DNA from: Mobula hypostoma | Lineage: Eukaryota | Length of the DNA: 64,000 nucleotides | NCBI RefSeq assembly: GCF_963921235.1 | Contig: NC_086120.1 | Coordinates: 23,126,001-23,190,000 of the forward strand | Direction: 5' to 3' | Shown here: piece by piece, positions 11,568 through 24,407 of the stretch | How positions within the stretch are numbered: the stretch's first letter is position 1 | Layout: each line of letters starts with the position of its first letter | The notes under the pieces: generated by a model | The model's database searches: none | What the model saw: only the letters and a program-made list of their open reading frames with translations | Told to the model about the DNA's origin: nothing | Made by a program: the position numbers and the translations under genes

Positions 11568-13320
11568 CTCAGCTATGTGCGGAACCAAAGGAAATGGGGG
11601 AGATCTTAAATAGGTTTTTTGCGTCTGTATTTACTAAGGAAACTGGCATGAAGTCTGTGGAATTAAGGGAATCAAGTAGTGAGATCATGGAAACTGTACA
11701 GATTGAAAAGGAGGAGGTGCTTGCTGTCTTGAGGAAAATTAAAGTGGATAAATCCCCGGGACCTGACAGGGTGTTCCCTTGGACCTTGAAGGAGACTAGT
11801 GTTGAAATTGCGGGGGCCCTGGCAGAAATATTTAAAATGTCGCTGTCTACGGGTGAGGTGCCGGAGGATTGGAGAGTGGCTCATGTTGTTCCGTTGTTTA
11901 AAAAAGGATCGAAAAGTAATCCGGGAAATTATAGGCCGGTAAGTTTAACATCGGTAGTAGGTAAGTTATTGGAGGGAGTACTAAGAGACAGAATCTACAA
12001 GCATTTGGATAGACAGGGACTTATTAGGGAGAGTCAACATGGCTTTGTGCGTGGTAGGTCATGTTTGACCAATCTGTTGGAGTTTTTCGAGGAGGTTACC
12101 AGGAAAGTGGATGAAGGGAAGGCAGTGGATATTGTCTACATGGATTTCAGTAAGGCCTTTGACAAGTTCCCGCATGGGAGGTTAGTTAGGAAAATTCAGT
12201 CGCTAGGTATACATGGAGAGGTGGTAAATTGGATTAGACATTGGCTCAATGGAAGAAGCCAAAGAGTGGTAGTAGAGAATTGCTTCTCTGAGTGGAGGCC
12301 TGTGACTGCTGGTGTGCCACAGGGATTAGTGCTGGGTCCATTGTTATTTGTCATCTATATCAATGATCTGGATGATAATGTGGTAAATTGGATCAGCAAG
12401 TTTGCTGATGATACGAAGATTGGAGGTGTAGTAGACAGTAAGGAAGGTTTTCAGAGTCTGCAGAGGGACTTGGACCAGCTGGAAAAATGGGCTGAAAAAT
12501 GGCAGATGAAGTTTAATACAGACAAGTGTGAGGTATTGCACGTTGGAAGGACAAACCAAGGTAGAACATACAGGGTTAATGGTAAGGCACTGAGGAGTGC
12601 AGTGGAACGGAGGGATCTGGGAATACAGATACAAAATTCCCTAAAAGTGGCGTCACAGGTAGATAGGGTCGTAAAGAGAGCTTTTGGTACATTGGCCTTT
12701 ATTAATCAAAGTATTGAGTATAAGAGCTGGAATGTTATGATGAGGTTGTATAAGGCATTGGTGAGGCCAGATCTGGAGTATTGTGTTCAGTTTTGGTCAC
12801 CAAATTACAGGAAGGATATAAATAAGGTTGAAAGAGTGCAGAGAAGGTTTACAAGGATGTTGCCGGGACTTGAGAAACTCAGTTACAGAGAAAGGTTGAA
12901 TAGGTTAGGACTTTATTCCCTGGAGCGTAGAAGAATGAGGGGAGATTTGATAGAGGTATATAAAATTATGATGGGTATAGATAGAGAGAATGCAAGCAGG
13001 CTTTTTCCACTGAGGCAAGGGGAGAAAAAAAACAGAGGACATGGGTTAAGGGTGAGGGGGGAAATGTTTAAAGGGAACATTAGGGGGGACTTCTTCACAC
13101 AGAGAGTGGTGGGAGTATGGAATGAGCTGCCAGATGAGGTGGTAAATACGGGTTCTTTTTTAACATTTAAGAATAAATTGGACAGATACATGGATGGGAG
13201 GTGTATGGAGGGATATGGTCCGTGTGCAGGCCAGTGGGACTAGGCAGAAAATGGTTTGGCACAGCCAAGAAGGGCCAAAAGGCCTTTTTTTGTGCTGTAG
13301 TTTCTATGGTTTGTATGGAA
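11568..13320 (+). mobile_element. 5'-truncated young CR1-clade LINE
   Basis: Uninterrupted ORF2 portion; 3' microsatellite tail tttctatggtttgtatgg; approximate TSD tatgaaac / tatggaaac. Confidence 0.93.
11594..13243 (+). CDS. CR1 ORF2 reverse transcriptase domain (549 aa open; endonuclease lost by 5' truncation)
   Basis: KSPGPD, NYRPVSLTS, QHGF, YMDFSKAFD, GVPQG, SKFADDTK, ERRRMRGDLIEVYKI and FFTQRVV motifs. Confidence 0.93.
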   Translation: MGEILNRFFASVFTKETGMKSVELRESSSEIMETVQIEKEEVLAVLRKIKVDKSPGPDRVFPWTLKETSVEIAGALAEIFKMSLSTGEVPEDWRVAHVVPLFKKGSKSNPGNYRPVSLTSVVGKLLEGVLRDRIYKHLDRQGLIRESQHGFVRGRSCLTNLLEFFEEVTRKVDEGKAVDIVYMDFSKAFDKFPHGRLVRKIQSLGIHGEVVNWIRHWLNGRSQRVVVENCFSEWRPVTAGVPQGLVLGPLLFVIYINDLDDNVVNWISKFADDTKIGGVVDSKEGFQSLQRDLDQLEKWAEKWQMKFNTDKCEVLHVGRTNQGRTYRVNGKALRSAVERRDLGIQIQNSLKVASQVDRVVKRAFGTLAFINQSIEYKSWNVMMRLYKALVRPDLEYCVQFWSPNYRKDINKVERVQRRFTRMLPGLEKLSYRERLNRLGLYSLERRRMRGDLIEVYKIMMGIDRENASRLFPLRQGEKKNRGHGLRVRGEMFKGNIRGDFFTQRVVGVWNELPDEVVNTGSFLTFKNKLDRYMDGRCMEGYGPCAGQWD

Positions 13321-14919
13321 ACCTCTCGTGCCAAAATGGCGTGACGTGAAGAAGCAATTACCATTAATTTATGTGGAAAAATTTTTTGAGCATTCCCAGA
13401 CCCAAAATGACCTAACAAATCATACCAAATATAACATAAAACCAAAAATAACACTAACATATAGTAAAAGCAGGAATGATATGATAAATACACAGCCTAT
13501 ATAAAGTAGAAATAATGTATGTACGGTGTTGTCGGGAAGATGAAGGTAAAACCGATCTGTGGGGGGAAAATTCGGCACGTTAGCACATGCGCACATCACA
13601 TGCGCACACAGGTGCCTGCGCAAGGCTTCATGGTCATGGTAGTCTTTCTGCGGTAAAGTGTCCCGTATTTGACTGCTATTTTTGTCCCTTATTTGGGAGT
13701 GAGAAAGTTGGCAACCCTAACTGGAAAGGTGTTGAGGTGAGTTTAACCCTACTTGAACACCCCCCCCCACCCCTGGGTCGGCCGGTCCGCAAGAATATTG
13801 TCAATATTAAACAGGTCTGTGGTGCAAAGCAGGTTAGGGACCCCTGTTCTAGTGGGAAGTATCAGCACCCACCACCAAGCAACCAGCAGCAAGCCCCCAA
13901 AGAGAGACCACGATCTTCAGTCCAACAAAAACCTTTGTTCCCCTAACAATCTGACATGCCACAGGCGCTCTCTCTCACCAACAAGGGACAGAGAGGTGTC
14001 GCCCCTTCCACAGCAAGACCAAGAAACAGCTTGCTGTTATGATGCGGCAGTCCATAGTGTTGCTTCTTCACTGAATTTTACTGGGCCGTTCAGTGATGAT
14101 CTGATCCAGACTCTTGTCCATTTTCAGATACAAATCCAGACAGGACATTCATCTACTATTTAAGAATGATGAAATTAAACAGCACGTTCTTTGACACAGA
14201 TGTCTGAGTTCCAGAAACTTTGAATTTTGTAGCTCCCAGGGATGAATTTTTTTCTCCCTTCTCACTTTCCCCCATTCTTGCAGAAAAGAGTTGCCTAAGA
14301 AAGCCACTAATTTAATACCCGGGGAATTGCATCACCTTTAGATAAATTTTCAGCTTTCTTTTAACACGCAAAACCTTACTTGCAAGCCGTCTAAAAGTCT
14401 CTAGAAGTTGCTTCTATTTTCAAAGTTCAAAGTAAGTTTATTTTAAAGTGCGTCTATGTCACCATATATTACCTTGAGATTAATTTTCTTGAAGGCGCTC
14501 TCAGTAGAAGAAAGAAATACAATAGAATCAGTGGGAATAAAAATACACATAAAGACTGGCAATCAACCAATGTGCAAAAGCAGACAAATTGCAAGTACAA
14601 AGTAGGCATAATAAACAGATAATACCAAGAACATGACTCCGTGAAAGTGCGGCCATGGGTTTGAGTGTGTGCATGAGAGGTAACTGGTTGAATGTTAATT
14701 TTGGCTTGTTTACAAGAGTTTGGTTTGAATAGTGGACCAGAAGCATGCACGCATAGAAAGCACGCTGGCTGTCTGCGAGGTCGTTGGATAGTCTGGTCTT
14801 TCTCCTCGGCAATGTTCTCTGAGTAATCGGGGAAACGGCTGGCAGGCTGACCGTGGTGGAGGCGTTGGGGTGCTGCAGTGCAAGGAGCGGTAGCAGTCTA
14901 ATTTGATAGTTGCTTTCAT

Positions 14920-15455
14920 CCTTTTGTTAGTAGAAGAGTACCGCACAGGAGGAGGCCATTCAGCCCTCTGCATTTTCCTGAACCAGCTAAAAAGCAAATG
15001 AAACACACCCAAACGCTCGTCCGTCCTACCTACCCAGTGTCCATACCCCTTCATCTTCCTTACATCCGTGTGCCTATCCAAACGCCTCTTAACGTATTTG
15101 CCTCTACTACCATACCAGGTTGTGCTTTTCAGGCCCCCTCCACTCTCACCCCCTTCTTGAACCTACCCTCTCTCACCTTCAATGCATGGCCTCTGGTATT
15201 AGACATCTCAACCTTAGGAGACAGATACTCCCTGTCTGCTCCATCTGTGCCTCTCATAATCTTATAAATCTCTGTCAGATCTCCCGTCAACCTCGGGTGC
15301 TCCAGAGAAAACAACCTGAGTTTATCCAGCCTCTCATGCTAGCAAGTGCCCTCTAAACCAGGCAGCATCCTGGTAAACCTCTTCTGCACCCTCTCCAAAG
15401 ACTCAACATCCTTCTTATAGTGGGGCGACCACAACTGTATGCAGTACTCCAGATT
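14920..15455 (-). mobile_element. CR1 LINE 3' fragment
   Basis: Minus-strand LEYCIQLWSPHYKKDVESLERVQKRFTRMLPGLE and GDLTEIYKIM...NTRGHALKVR. Confidence 0.85.
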
Positions 15456-15669
15456 TTTAGTGTACTTTACCATTACCTGCTTAAGTTTTCAGCTTTTTTA
15501 AATCTCATGCAATCCTCCTGTGACTCTTGCAATTGTTCTGTCTGACTTTTGATACTAGCAGTAGTATGTGATACGGACCAGAAGGTTAATTCAGATACTC
15601 CCTAAACTAGGAGCTTTTGGAGAGTGGTTTAATTTTAAGCTTTACCTTACTGAAATTCCTCCTGTGAGG

Positions 15670-16690
15670 AGACCATAAGACGTAGGAGCAGAATTACACC
15701 ATTTGGCCCATCAAGTTTGCTCCACCATTCTACCATAGCTGATTTATCCCTTCCAATCCCATACTCCTGCTTTGATGCCCTGGCTAATCAAAATCCTATC
15801 AACCTCCACTTTAAATATACTCACTGACTTGTCCCACACAGCCATCTGTGGCAATGAATTCCAGATTTACATTCTGTAGTGTATTTGAGTTAAAGAAATT
15901 GCTCCTCAGCTCTGTTCTAATGGACGTCCCTCTATTTTGAAACTGTACCCTCTGGATCTAGATTTCCCCATGATAGGGAACTTCATGCCCACATCCACTC
16001 TATCTAGGCGTTTCAATATTCGACAGTATTTAATGAGATATCCCTCTTAATCTTCTAAACTCCAGTAAGCACAAGCCCAGAGCCATCAAACACTCCCCGA
16101 CATTAACCCTTTCATTGCCAGGATCATTCTTGTGCACCTCCCCTGAACCCTCTCCAATGTCAGCACATTCTTTCCTAGACAATTGGCCCAAAGCTGCTCA
16201 CAGTCCTTGCCTTGTAAGCCCTCAGCTTTACATCCTTGCTTTAATTTTCTGGGTCCTCTTAAACAGGAATGGTAACATTGCATTTGCCTTCAAGTGCCAG
16301 CTCAACTTGCAAGTTCACCTATGGGGAATCCTGCAAGAGGACTCCGAAGTCCCTGTGAATCTCTGATTTTTGAATTTTGAAAATAGTCCACACCTTTATT
16401 CCTTCTACCAAAGTGCATGCCTTTTTTGGATGCCTTTTCTATCTCGCGTTGTAATTTGTAGCCCTCATCCTGCTTACTGTTTGGAGGTCTGTAAATAACT
16501 CCCGTCAGGGTCTTGCCCACAAGGACACTACACCTTCTGATCCTATGTTACGTCTTTCTAAGCATTCGATTTCATTGTTTACCAACAGAGTCACCCCAGC
16601 CCTCTGCCTGCCTGCCTGTTCTTTGATAAAATGTGCATCCTTGGATGTGAAACTCCCAGCTATGATCTTCTCTCAGCCACGATAGTGACG
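15670..16690 (-). mobile_element. CR1 LINE with large internal deletions (endonuclease remnant joined to the 3' end)
   Basis: Minus-strand GVIYRPPNS (APE endonuclease) runs directly into MHFGRRNK, LERVQGRCTRMI and a CR1 3' UTR. Confidence 0.7.
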
Positions 16691-17164
16691 CACTGAGAAT
16701 CACTGAGTCGGAACACAGAATACTGGGGATGCACGGTCTCAGATATGAAATCCAATCATTCCCTTGTTTTATACTAAACATTGTCAGTGTACAGGACTCA
16801 CTGAGTGTGTAATTTGTGAGGGTTTCTCAACCTTCCAAATGAGACAATTCCTTTAGTCAAGTTTCTACATTAATTTCCTGGTGGACGTTCTAGAATATTC
16901 TGAAAAGATTTGGTACCTGATTTGAACCTTGCTTCTTGGCAGTCTAGATGCTAGAAGTTCTGCTGTTACATTAGCAACTAGTATTACCGTATAAATTCAG
17001 TCCCTACAATGAGGATTATAGGGTGATTTCAGTCCCTCGCTGCTTGCTGCTTTTTAGGAGCTTTTGCAGGGCCTCTAATCTGTTTCTTCAGGAGTGACAA
17101 CCATTGCACACTTAAGACAACCCAGGAAATGAGATGTTCTGAACATAACGCTTGATAGGGCAGC

Positions 17165-17500
17165 GCGCACAAATTGCTGGAGGAACTCAGCAGGACAGGC
17201 AGCATCTGTGGAAGTGAATAAACGGTTGACGTTTCAGACCGAGAACCTTCATCAGGACTGGAAACGGAGGGAGAAGGAGCCAGAATAAGAAGGTGGTGGT
17301 GGGGGTGGGTGGTGTGTTGGAGGGAAAGGGTAAAAGCTGGCAGGTGATAGGTGAAGCCACGTGAGGGGGGAAGGTGGGTGGGTTGGGGAAGGGGAATGAG
17401 TGAGAAGCTGGGAGGTGATGAGTGGAAGAAGTCAAGGGCTGAAGAAGGAATCTGATAGGAGAGGATAATGGACTAGGGGAGAAAGGGAATGAGGGATAGG
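17165..17500 (-). mobile_element. Penelope-like pLTR fragment with a hammerhead-like core (17223-17260)
   Basis: Reverse complement reads ccagtcCTGATGAaggttctcggtctGAAAcGTCaaccg. Confidence 0.7.
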
Positions 17501-18230
17501 GGCCTTTTATTAGGCAAATCCCTTGTTTAACTCTTTCATCTTCATTATCCCAGCTGTCCCGCCAACCCCTCAGATTTCCATCCAGTTCAAAACTGCACCC
17601 CACCTGCCACTTGCCTTCCCTCTTGGTTTTGATCCTGAACCCAGTGAATCTTTGGCTATCCAAACCCGCGATCCTGGCCTCTGCCTGGCAGTACTCCCCT
17701 CAGTGGAAAATGTACAATACCTGTTCAGGGGGAGAGCTTGTGACCACAGTAGTCACTGGTACACTCGAATCTTTGGTGCAGAAATGTGTCCTTTTTAGCC
17801 AAGGTTGTGAAAGACTGATTAGCCAGCCATGACCTCATTGTTTATGAGGCAATTGGTTACTGCAGTTGCCAGGATGTTAATTGACCATACCTCGTAGCTG
17901 GCTATAAAGCATCTTCCTGAGGAAATGAAAGGGCAGCGATGGACTGGTAATTACTTTTCTCTGATTTGCATTCCCTGCCTTGCCGTCATTCATTTGTTTG
18001 TGTATTATTTAGAAGGTTTTCTAATAAAAGGCATGGTTATTTTGTTCAAAGCAATCAGAGAACACCATGTTCTTGTTTTCTTCAATGTGATACACAGCAC
18101 TTATCTGTTGTAGTTGTCTCTGGTGGATGAGTTTAAGCAGTGTGCGATTGCAAGGTATTTGACTGCATGGGCTGGGGAGGGAAGGGACAGTGAGGTGCCA
18201 TATCTGGTGTTTCTTCTCTTGCATGTTGTA

Positions 18231-19672
18231 CAGGGGATTCTGGTTAATTGGGGCAGCCGCTTATTTGGTATAACATTTTTTTAAAAAACAAAAACTAATC
18301 GAGGAAGTGCCTGGGATTCCCTTCAAGAGCAGGACACAAAAAATTGCTGGAGGAACTCAGCAGGTCACACAGCATCTATGGAAATGAATAAGCAGTCGAT
18401 TTTTCAGACTGGCACCCTCCATCAGGACTAGAAAGGAAGGGGGGAAGAAGCAAGAAAAAGAAGCTGGAGTTGTTTATTTGGAACACTTTGCTGCTTAATT
18501 GGGACAGGAGGGGGTGGCACAGTGGTTTCTAACTAGCCTCAGTCATGTGCACTTGCATGTCTGTTAGATACTACACTGTGTAACACAGAAAATGCTGGAG
18601 GAACTCAGCAGGCCAGGCAGCATCTGTGAAAAGAGTACAGTCAATGTTTCAGCCTGAAACAGGGTTTCAGTCCAAAATGTCGACTGTACTCTTCCTAGAC
18701 GCTGCCTGGCCTGCTGAGTTCCTCCAGTATTTTGTGTATGTTGCTCAGATTTCCAGCATCTACAGATTTTCTCTTGTTCGTGATGAGGTACTACACCGTG
18801 TGTAGGCACGTGGCCAAGTGGTTAAGGCATTGGACTAGCTACCTGAAGGTCGTGAGTTCGAGCCCCAGCCGAGGGAACGTGTTTGTGTCCTTGAGCAAGG
18901 CACTTAATCACACCTTGCTGTGTGACGACACTGGTGCCAAGCTGTATGGGTCCTAATGCCCTTCCCTTGGACACCATCGGTGTCGTGGAGAGGGGAGACT
19001 TGCAGCATGGGCAACTGCCGGTCTTCCATACAACCTTGCCCTGGAGAGTGAAGACTTTCCAGGCGCAGATCCATGGTCTCGCAAGACTACGCCGTGTTTA
19101 GAGTAAACAGTTTTTAAGTAGCACCAATTGTGAGTGTTTGTATTTTTTTTTAAAAAGGAGTGATTTTTTTTTGCCACTGAAGTTGGTGAGAAGTAAGCAG
19201 GAAGGCAATTCAGAATGGTTTTGCTCATTGTGGTTTGAAGTGTTCTGGCTCGGTGATGCCAGAAACGGCCAGGAGTGAAAATGGAACGATTTCACTACTT
19301 CAACAAGTTTGGACCTATGAAGAATTTAAAGGTACCGACAATCATCTTGAATGTTACAATGAAAGTGAAGATTTGGAGGATGTGGTCGTGAGAAGTATCG
19401 GATGAAGACAGTCCATTATCTGCACTAGGTGTCTGTGCTGCTTCTGTTCCATTACAGTCAATCAGAAGAACACTGAATATACATTTTTGTATTTTAGTAG
19501 CAATGGTAGTGTTCTAATTTGTTCTGTATTTCATTTAAATACATAATTTGTATCTCAGTTAAATAGTTTGACTTTTTAACTATTTTCATGAAACTTTGTC
19601 TGATTAGGGCAGCTGCTTAATTGAGTGAACATGTACTGGTCCTGATGTGCCCCAACTAACCTGAATCCAATG
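18231..19672 (+). mobile_element. Tigger/pogo-like non-autonomous element with nested Penelope ends and a family A SINE (18802-19085)
   Basis: TA-flanked TIRs caggggattctggttaattgggg / ccccaactaacctgaatccaatg; nested SINE TSD actacaccgtgt / actacgccgtgt. Confidence 0.7.
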
Positions 19673-21567
19673 TATATAATCCATTACCTTTAACTGGCAG
19701 CAGAGTGGCTTTCTTGTTCCAGGTTTAAAAAATTCCTGTTATTCCATCTGGCTGAGAATTGGTGAGGCTTGACTTGGAAAATTCAGGCCACACCATATCT
19801 GCATAGCTCATCAAGCTCTAGAAGTCATGTTGTTGTTTCAGTCTGCACCTCGTCGTGCAACCTTGTCGTTTCTTTAGCATTTGTTTTTTTTTACGAGGCC
19901 GAGTTGCTAGCTCGACGCTTAACCCAGCACTGATGGAATGCGTGCAAGGAGCCGGCCGGATTCAATCCCGGGACTGCTCATCTCGAAGTCCGCTACACCA
20001 TTGGCTGGCTGTCTTGAAGTACAACACACACAAAAAGCAGTCAGGCGGCATCTGTGGAGAGGAATAAACAGCTGAAGTTTCAGGCAGAGACCCTTCAGGA
20101 CTGGAAAGGAAGGGGGAACGAGGCCACAATAAGATGGTGTGGGGGGTGGGGGGAAGGAGTGCAGGCTGAAGAATGATAGGTAAAGCCAGATGAGAGAGAA
20201 GAGGGGAGAATAAAGTGGTAGTGAGGGAAAAAAATTGTTCCATCTGTGAAGAAAGGATTGCATAAATATTTCAAGCGGAGGAAATGACAGAAGGGGGCAG
20301 TAGGTTTAGGATTGGTTGCTTTGAACCGGAATAGCAATAAGCTAAAAGACACCAGCCAGTGTTATAATCCTTCATAGTGCCATCTTAAGCAAAAGTGGCG
20401 TCATGTTTGCTGAGCCAAGTTTCCACGAATATAAAAATATCTGTGACCTTCTGTGTCCCTGAAATTTGTAAAATATTAATTGTTCTTCCCAGTAACACCA
20501 ATCTGAACCATTGCCTGTTTTACCACATCTTCTGGCTCAAGTCGGTACTGGTATATTTATCAATCAGCCCACTGGATTAACATGGTGGCCCCTATTCTTC
20601 AATTTTATTCATTAAAAGAATTTTTCGGACAGGTTTGTTGCTGGGAAGTGTCAATTTACTGTTGTACTCATCTTAACTTTGTACTATTTCAGTAATGTCC
20701 CACTAAGGCAACCACTTGCCCTGTTTTAACTGCTCATAATTGTGAAAAATCATACAATATATCCCTTCGGTTTTTGAAATACTAATTGAGACTTTTATCA
20801 CTTAAAATCTCTTTATACAACTGAAACCACCTACTACTTCCCCCCACCCAATTCCTATGCCACAGATATCCGATGAGTAGCTTCAATTTATGAAGTTATT
20901 TTTTCCACTGCTTTTGTATCTTTATAATGGGGTGCCCAACAGAATACTGCAATATGCTTAAAGTAACGTCTTGCGTAAAATTAAGGTTACATTTTTATTT
21001 TTGTGCTCAAGGCTCTTTAAGTCCAGTTAAATTCTGTGTTGCCGTAGGCACCAGTGCCGCCAAATTTAATCTATATATCCGCATGCCACAACCAATCCAT
21101 TTTGACGTGAGTTTCCTCCGCCTGCTTGAGAACACCTGGCACTTCAACATGGTAGTGCAGCAGTTAGCGTGCATTTTACAGTACCAGCTACCTGGGTTCA
21201 TTTCTGGCCACTGTGAGGAATTTGTACGTAGAGCCCGTGACTGCATGGGTTTTGTCCAGCTGTTCGGGTTTCCTCTCGCAGTCCGGGTTGGTAGGTTGTT
21301 TGGTCATTGTAAATTGTCCCGTGATTACGCTGGCGTTAAATCGGCGGGATTGCTGGGCGGTGCAGCTCGAAGAGCCTGTTCCATGTTGTATCTCAAAACC
21401 TTTTGCTCAATAGGTGCCTATTGGTCTCCGATTTAAAAACCAATTGACTAAGCTTCAGTACCTGACAGCAGGGGAGAGTCTGAAGGTCTCCCATCTTAGC
21501 TGGTCGTCTTAGTTCTTAATATAGTTGACAAGTGCAATTGCTCGTCGCACATGATATTCTCCTAAAG

Positions 21568-21647
21568 AAGGGGTTTCCAACCTTTTTTATGCCATGGACC
21601 AATACCATTAAGCAAGGGGTCCGTGAACCGCAGGGTGGGAACCCCTG
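21568..21647. mobile_element. 80-bp hAT MITE
   Basis: TIRs aggggtttccaacc / ggtgggaacccctg; perfect 8-bp TSD tcctaaag; second copy at 23153-23234. Confidence 0.85.
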
Positions 21648-22899
21648 TCCTAAAGAATTATTTTCTTAATGGAGAACGCCTGTGCGTGACTGTATCTAAT
21701 GCGGGGAAGCTGATGCATTGGCGGCCACCACACAGTCCTTGACACATCGAGGTCATGGTCCAGTGGCGTGGAATGCAGGTTGACTGGGCCTTCCTCCGCC
21801 TTTACTGCCATTCAGATGTGTCGTCGTCTTCTGCCAGCTCCACCGTTGAGGTCTAGTTTGGATCGCTGTTTGTCCGCAACCTGCCCCATGGGCGCCCCTC
21901 CTAGGAGGCTAAGCTCCAGACAGCATCGCGCTTGGGATCTCAGGATCTCTCAAACCTCTCCAGCACAACAAGGTGGGAATCCTCGGAGAAGGATATTGTT
22001 GACTGAAGACCTGACGGACCCCTCTCTCCTTTATCAGTACCCTCTTTTCAGTTAATATTTGATATTTGTTTCTTTAATTTTCTGAATTCCAGGGACTGCA
22101 AGGTTACTTTTGTGTAATTACTTCTTGCAATCAGGAAGCATTAATTTATGGAATAACATAGTACAGACCACATGAATCTATGAAACAAGATTCCTGAAAT
22201 AGAACCTGAAAGTGTAGGATAGGTGATCAATAGCTTGGAAAAACAGGTGATATTTTAGAGTGTTTAAAGAGAAAAGGAGCATCACAAAAAGTGCTGGATG
22301 AACTCGGTCAGGCAGCATGTGTGGAGGAAAATGGACAGTTAGTGTTTTGGGTTGAGTTCCTCCTTTGGGATTGGAAAGGGGGGAGTTATAAAGGTGGAGG
22401 AAGGTGTGGGCCAAGGGCTGGCAGGTGGTTGGTGAATCCAGGTGATGGGATTCATAGAATCTCAACCACCCTTCTCGCCACCTGTTTCTCCTCTTTCTTT
22501 CCAGTCCCAATGAACGATTTCAACCCAAAACCTTAGCTGTCCATTTCTTTCACTGATGACTCGCTGAGTTCCTCTTGTGCTTTCCTTTTGTTGCTCCAGA
22601 TTCCACACTCTCTCGTGCCCCTCTAAAAAGAAAAGGGAAGTGCTTAAGGAGCAAAGTTTAGACCTTGTGGTCCAGATGACTGATGACCTTGCCACCAGCG
22701 GTGAGGCAATGACAGATCAACCATCCACAGAAGGCCAGAGATGGGAGAGTGTACCTAGAACAGGATTCTGATACTGGAGGTAGCTTCGGGATACTGAGAG
22801 CATGGCTGAGCAAAAGTACCTGGCACTCATAATCAGGAGTCAATCTAGGTCTGTGAATGAGATGAGACTTCCTTCCTAGCATGTTGTACCAGATGGTCA

Positions 22900-23132
22900 G
22901 CCATTCTTATCTGGCGCGTAGTGGCGGGATTGGTCTCCTTTCAGATTAACCGGGTCACGATATGAACGTTCCTGACTCGACCCTTGTTTTTCATGAGGCC
23001 GAGTGGCTAGCTCGACGCTCAACCTGGCACGGATGGAAAGCGTGCTCGGGGGTTGACCTAACTTGGATTCGAACTCGGGAACCTTCGCTCCGAAGTCCGG
23101 CGCTGATGCCACTGCGCCTCCAGCCGGCGACA
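22900..23132 (-). mobile_element. tRNA-derived SINE (family B)
   Basis: Reverse complement: ggctggaggcgcagtggcatcagcgccggacttcggagcgaaggttcccgagttcgaatcc. Other copies at ~19890-20010(-), ~41150-41292(-) and 52757-52942(+; TSD ttctcaagtYacttg). Confidence 0.8.
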
Positions 23133-23242
23133 TGAGACTGTAGATGCTTATGCAGGGGTTCCCAACCTCCTTTATGCCTAGGACCAAAACCATTAAGCAA
23201 GACGTCCATGGACCCCGGGTTGGGAATCCTTTTGCTCTAGAG

Positions 23243-24407
23243 CAGGGGTCAGCAACCTTTTTGCCTCTGTGGGCTGGATCATGTATTAATAAGCGGACGG
23301 TGGGCCAGATAAATGCCATAAAAAAACTTGAAATATCTGAATTATTCATTTAAATACATCTAGTTATGTTTTGCCTCAAATTAATAAATAACACTCATGC
23401 TAGAAAATCATTTGTGCTTAACCAAGGATGCCAATTAGTAATCAAAGAACTCAGTTTAGTTTTTCTGTCCCACCATTGCTGGTGCCCCATCAGTTGTGAT
23501 GCCAATTAGCTTCGACACATTAAGTTTCATTTCTGACATCATTTTCAACAAAGCTTCAAAAATGTCTGCTCCAGTAACTGTGTCCTTCATAGGAATTAAT
23601 TGAATAAACTCTGCAAAAATTTGAAAAGTTGAGGTCACTCCTCGCACAAACACTGCAAGTTGAGCAGTGTCTCTCAAGTCTGTACTCTCATCAAGCACAA
23701 TTGAAAAAAAATGCAGTTCGTTGCAGGCATCCCTTAAACAACATCTGCTGACATTTCTTCAACTTGCCCTGTGATCGTTCTTGCTGACAGGCTGATAGAT
23801 GCAAATTAAGATTTCTTTTCAGGACAAACAATATCCACCACTGCCAGTAAACATTCTTTGACAAACTCTCTATTTGTAAAAGGCTTCATCTTTTCTGCAA
23901 TAAGTTTTGAGACTTCGTAGCTGACGGGTATTTCCTTAATTTTCGCTGCTTTCTCGGCGCTCAGTGTCTACCTTCCTGCGTTTTGCATTCATTGCCATTG
24001 GAATTTTTTTCTTTGATTTTATTTCGAAACGAGTTATTCAACAAGTATCGTAGCACATGGAAATATCTGGATATTTAACGTGGATTTCTTGTTAAAACAC
24101 AATGACGCTGTTTCTGTTTACAAATTTGAGTGATCCCATCTGAAAACCTGCGTGTGCACAGAGAGTATCTCATACATATTAATAAGGTAGTCTGCCTTCC
24201 CGTTGTTCGTATATACCAGTGTTTGGTTAAGAACAAAACGGAACCTGGAGCCAGTATAACAAGACGCCATGCATGTCCATCAGTGTGGTCGCATGAAACA
24301 CTCAGAATAAGGAAAAATCGCTCACGGGCCGGATAAGCATAGTATCCCATTTGCTTGCGGATCGGTCAAATACCATTGGCCCGCGGGCCGTAGGTTGCCT
24401 ACCTTTG
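23243..24407 (-). mobile_element. hAT (Charlie/SPIN/GTF2IRD2-like) transposon, internally deleted
   Basis: TIRs caggggtcagcaacct / aggttgcctacctttg; perfect 8-bp TSD ctctagag; transposase remnant LDESTDLRDTAQLAVFVRGV...TDGAPAMVG (23456-23698). Confidence 0.9.

Larger units (their letters stand above)
11314..13846. mobile_element. Composite hAT-type non-autonomous element. Inner TIR pair 11444-13719 carries Tigger-like sequence and hosts a CR1 insertion
   Basis: Outer TIRs cagctgtccccaacc / ggttagggacccctg with 8-bp TSD ttctagtc / ttctagtg. Inner TIRs ggggttgccaact / agttggcaacccta. Internal sequence is shared with the elements at 30911 and 45729. Confidence 0.75.

Noticed and set aside
11594-13243. 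Autonomous or domesticated reverse transcriptase gene
   Set aside because: 5'-truncated CR1 lacking the endonuclease, ORF1 and promoter; the open frame is explained by young age.
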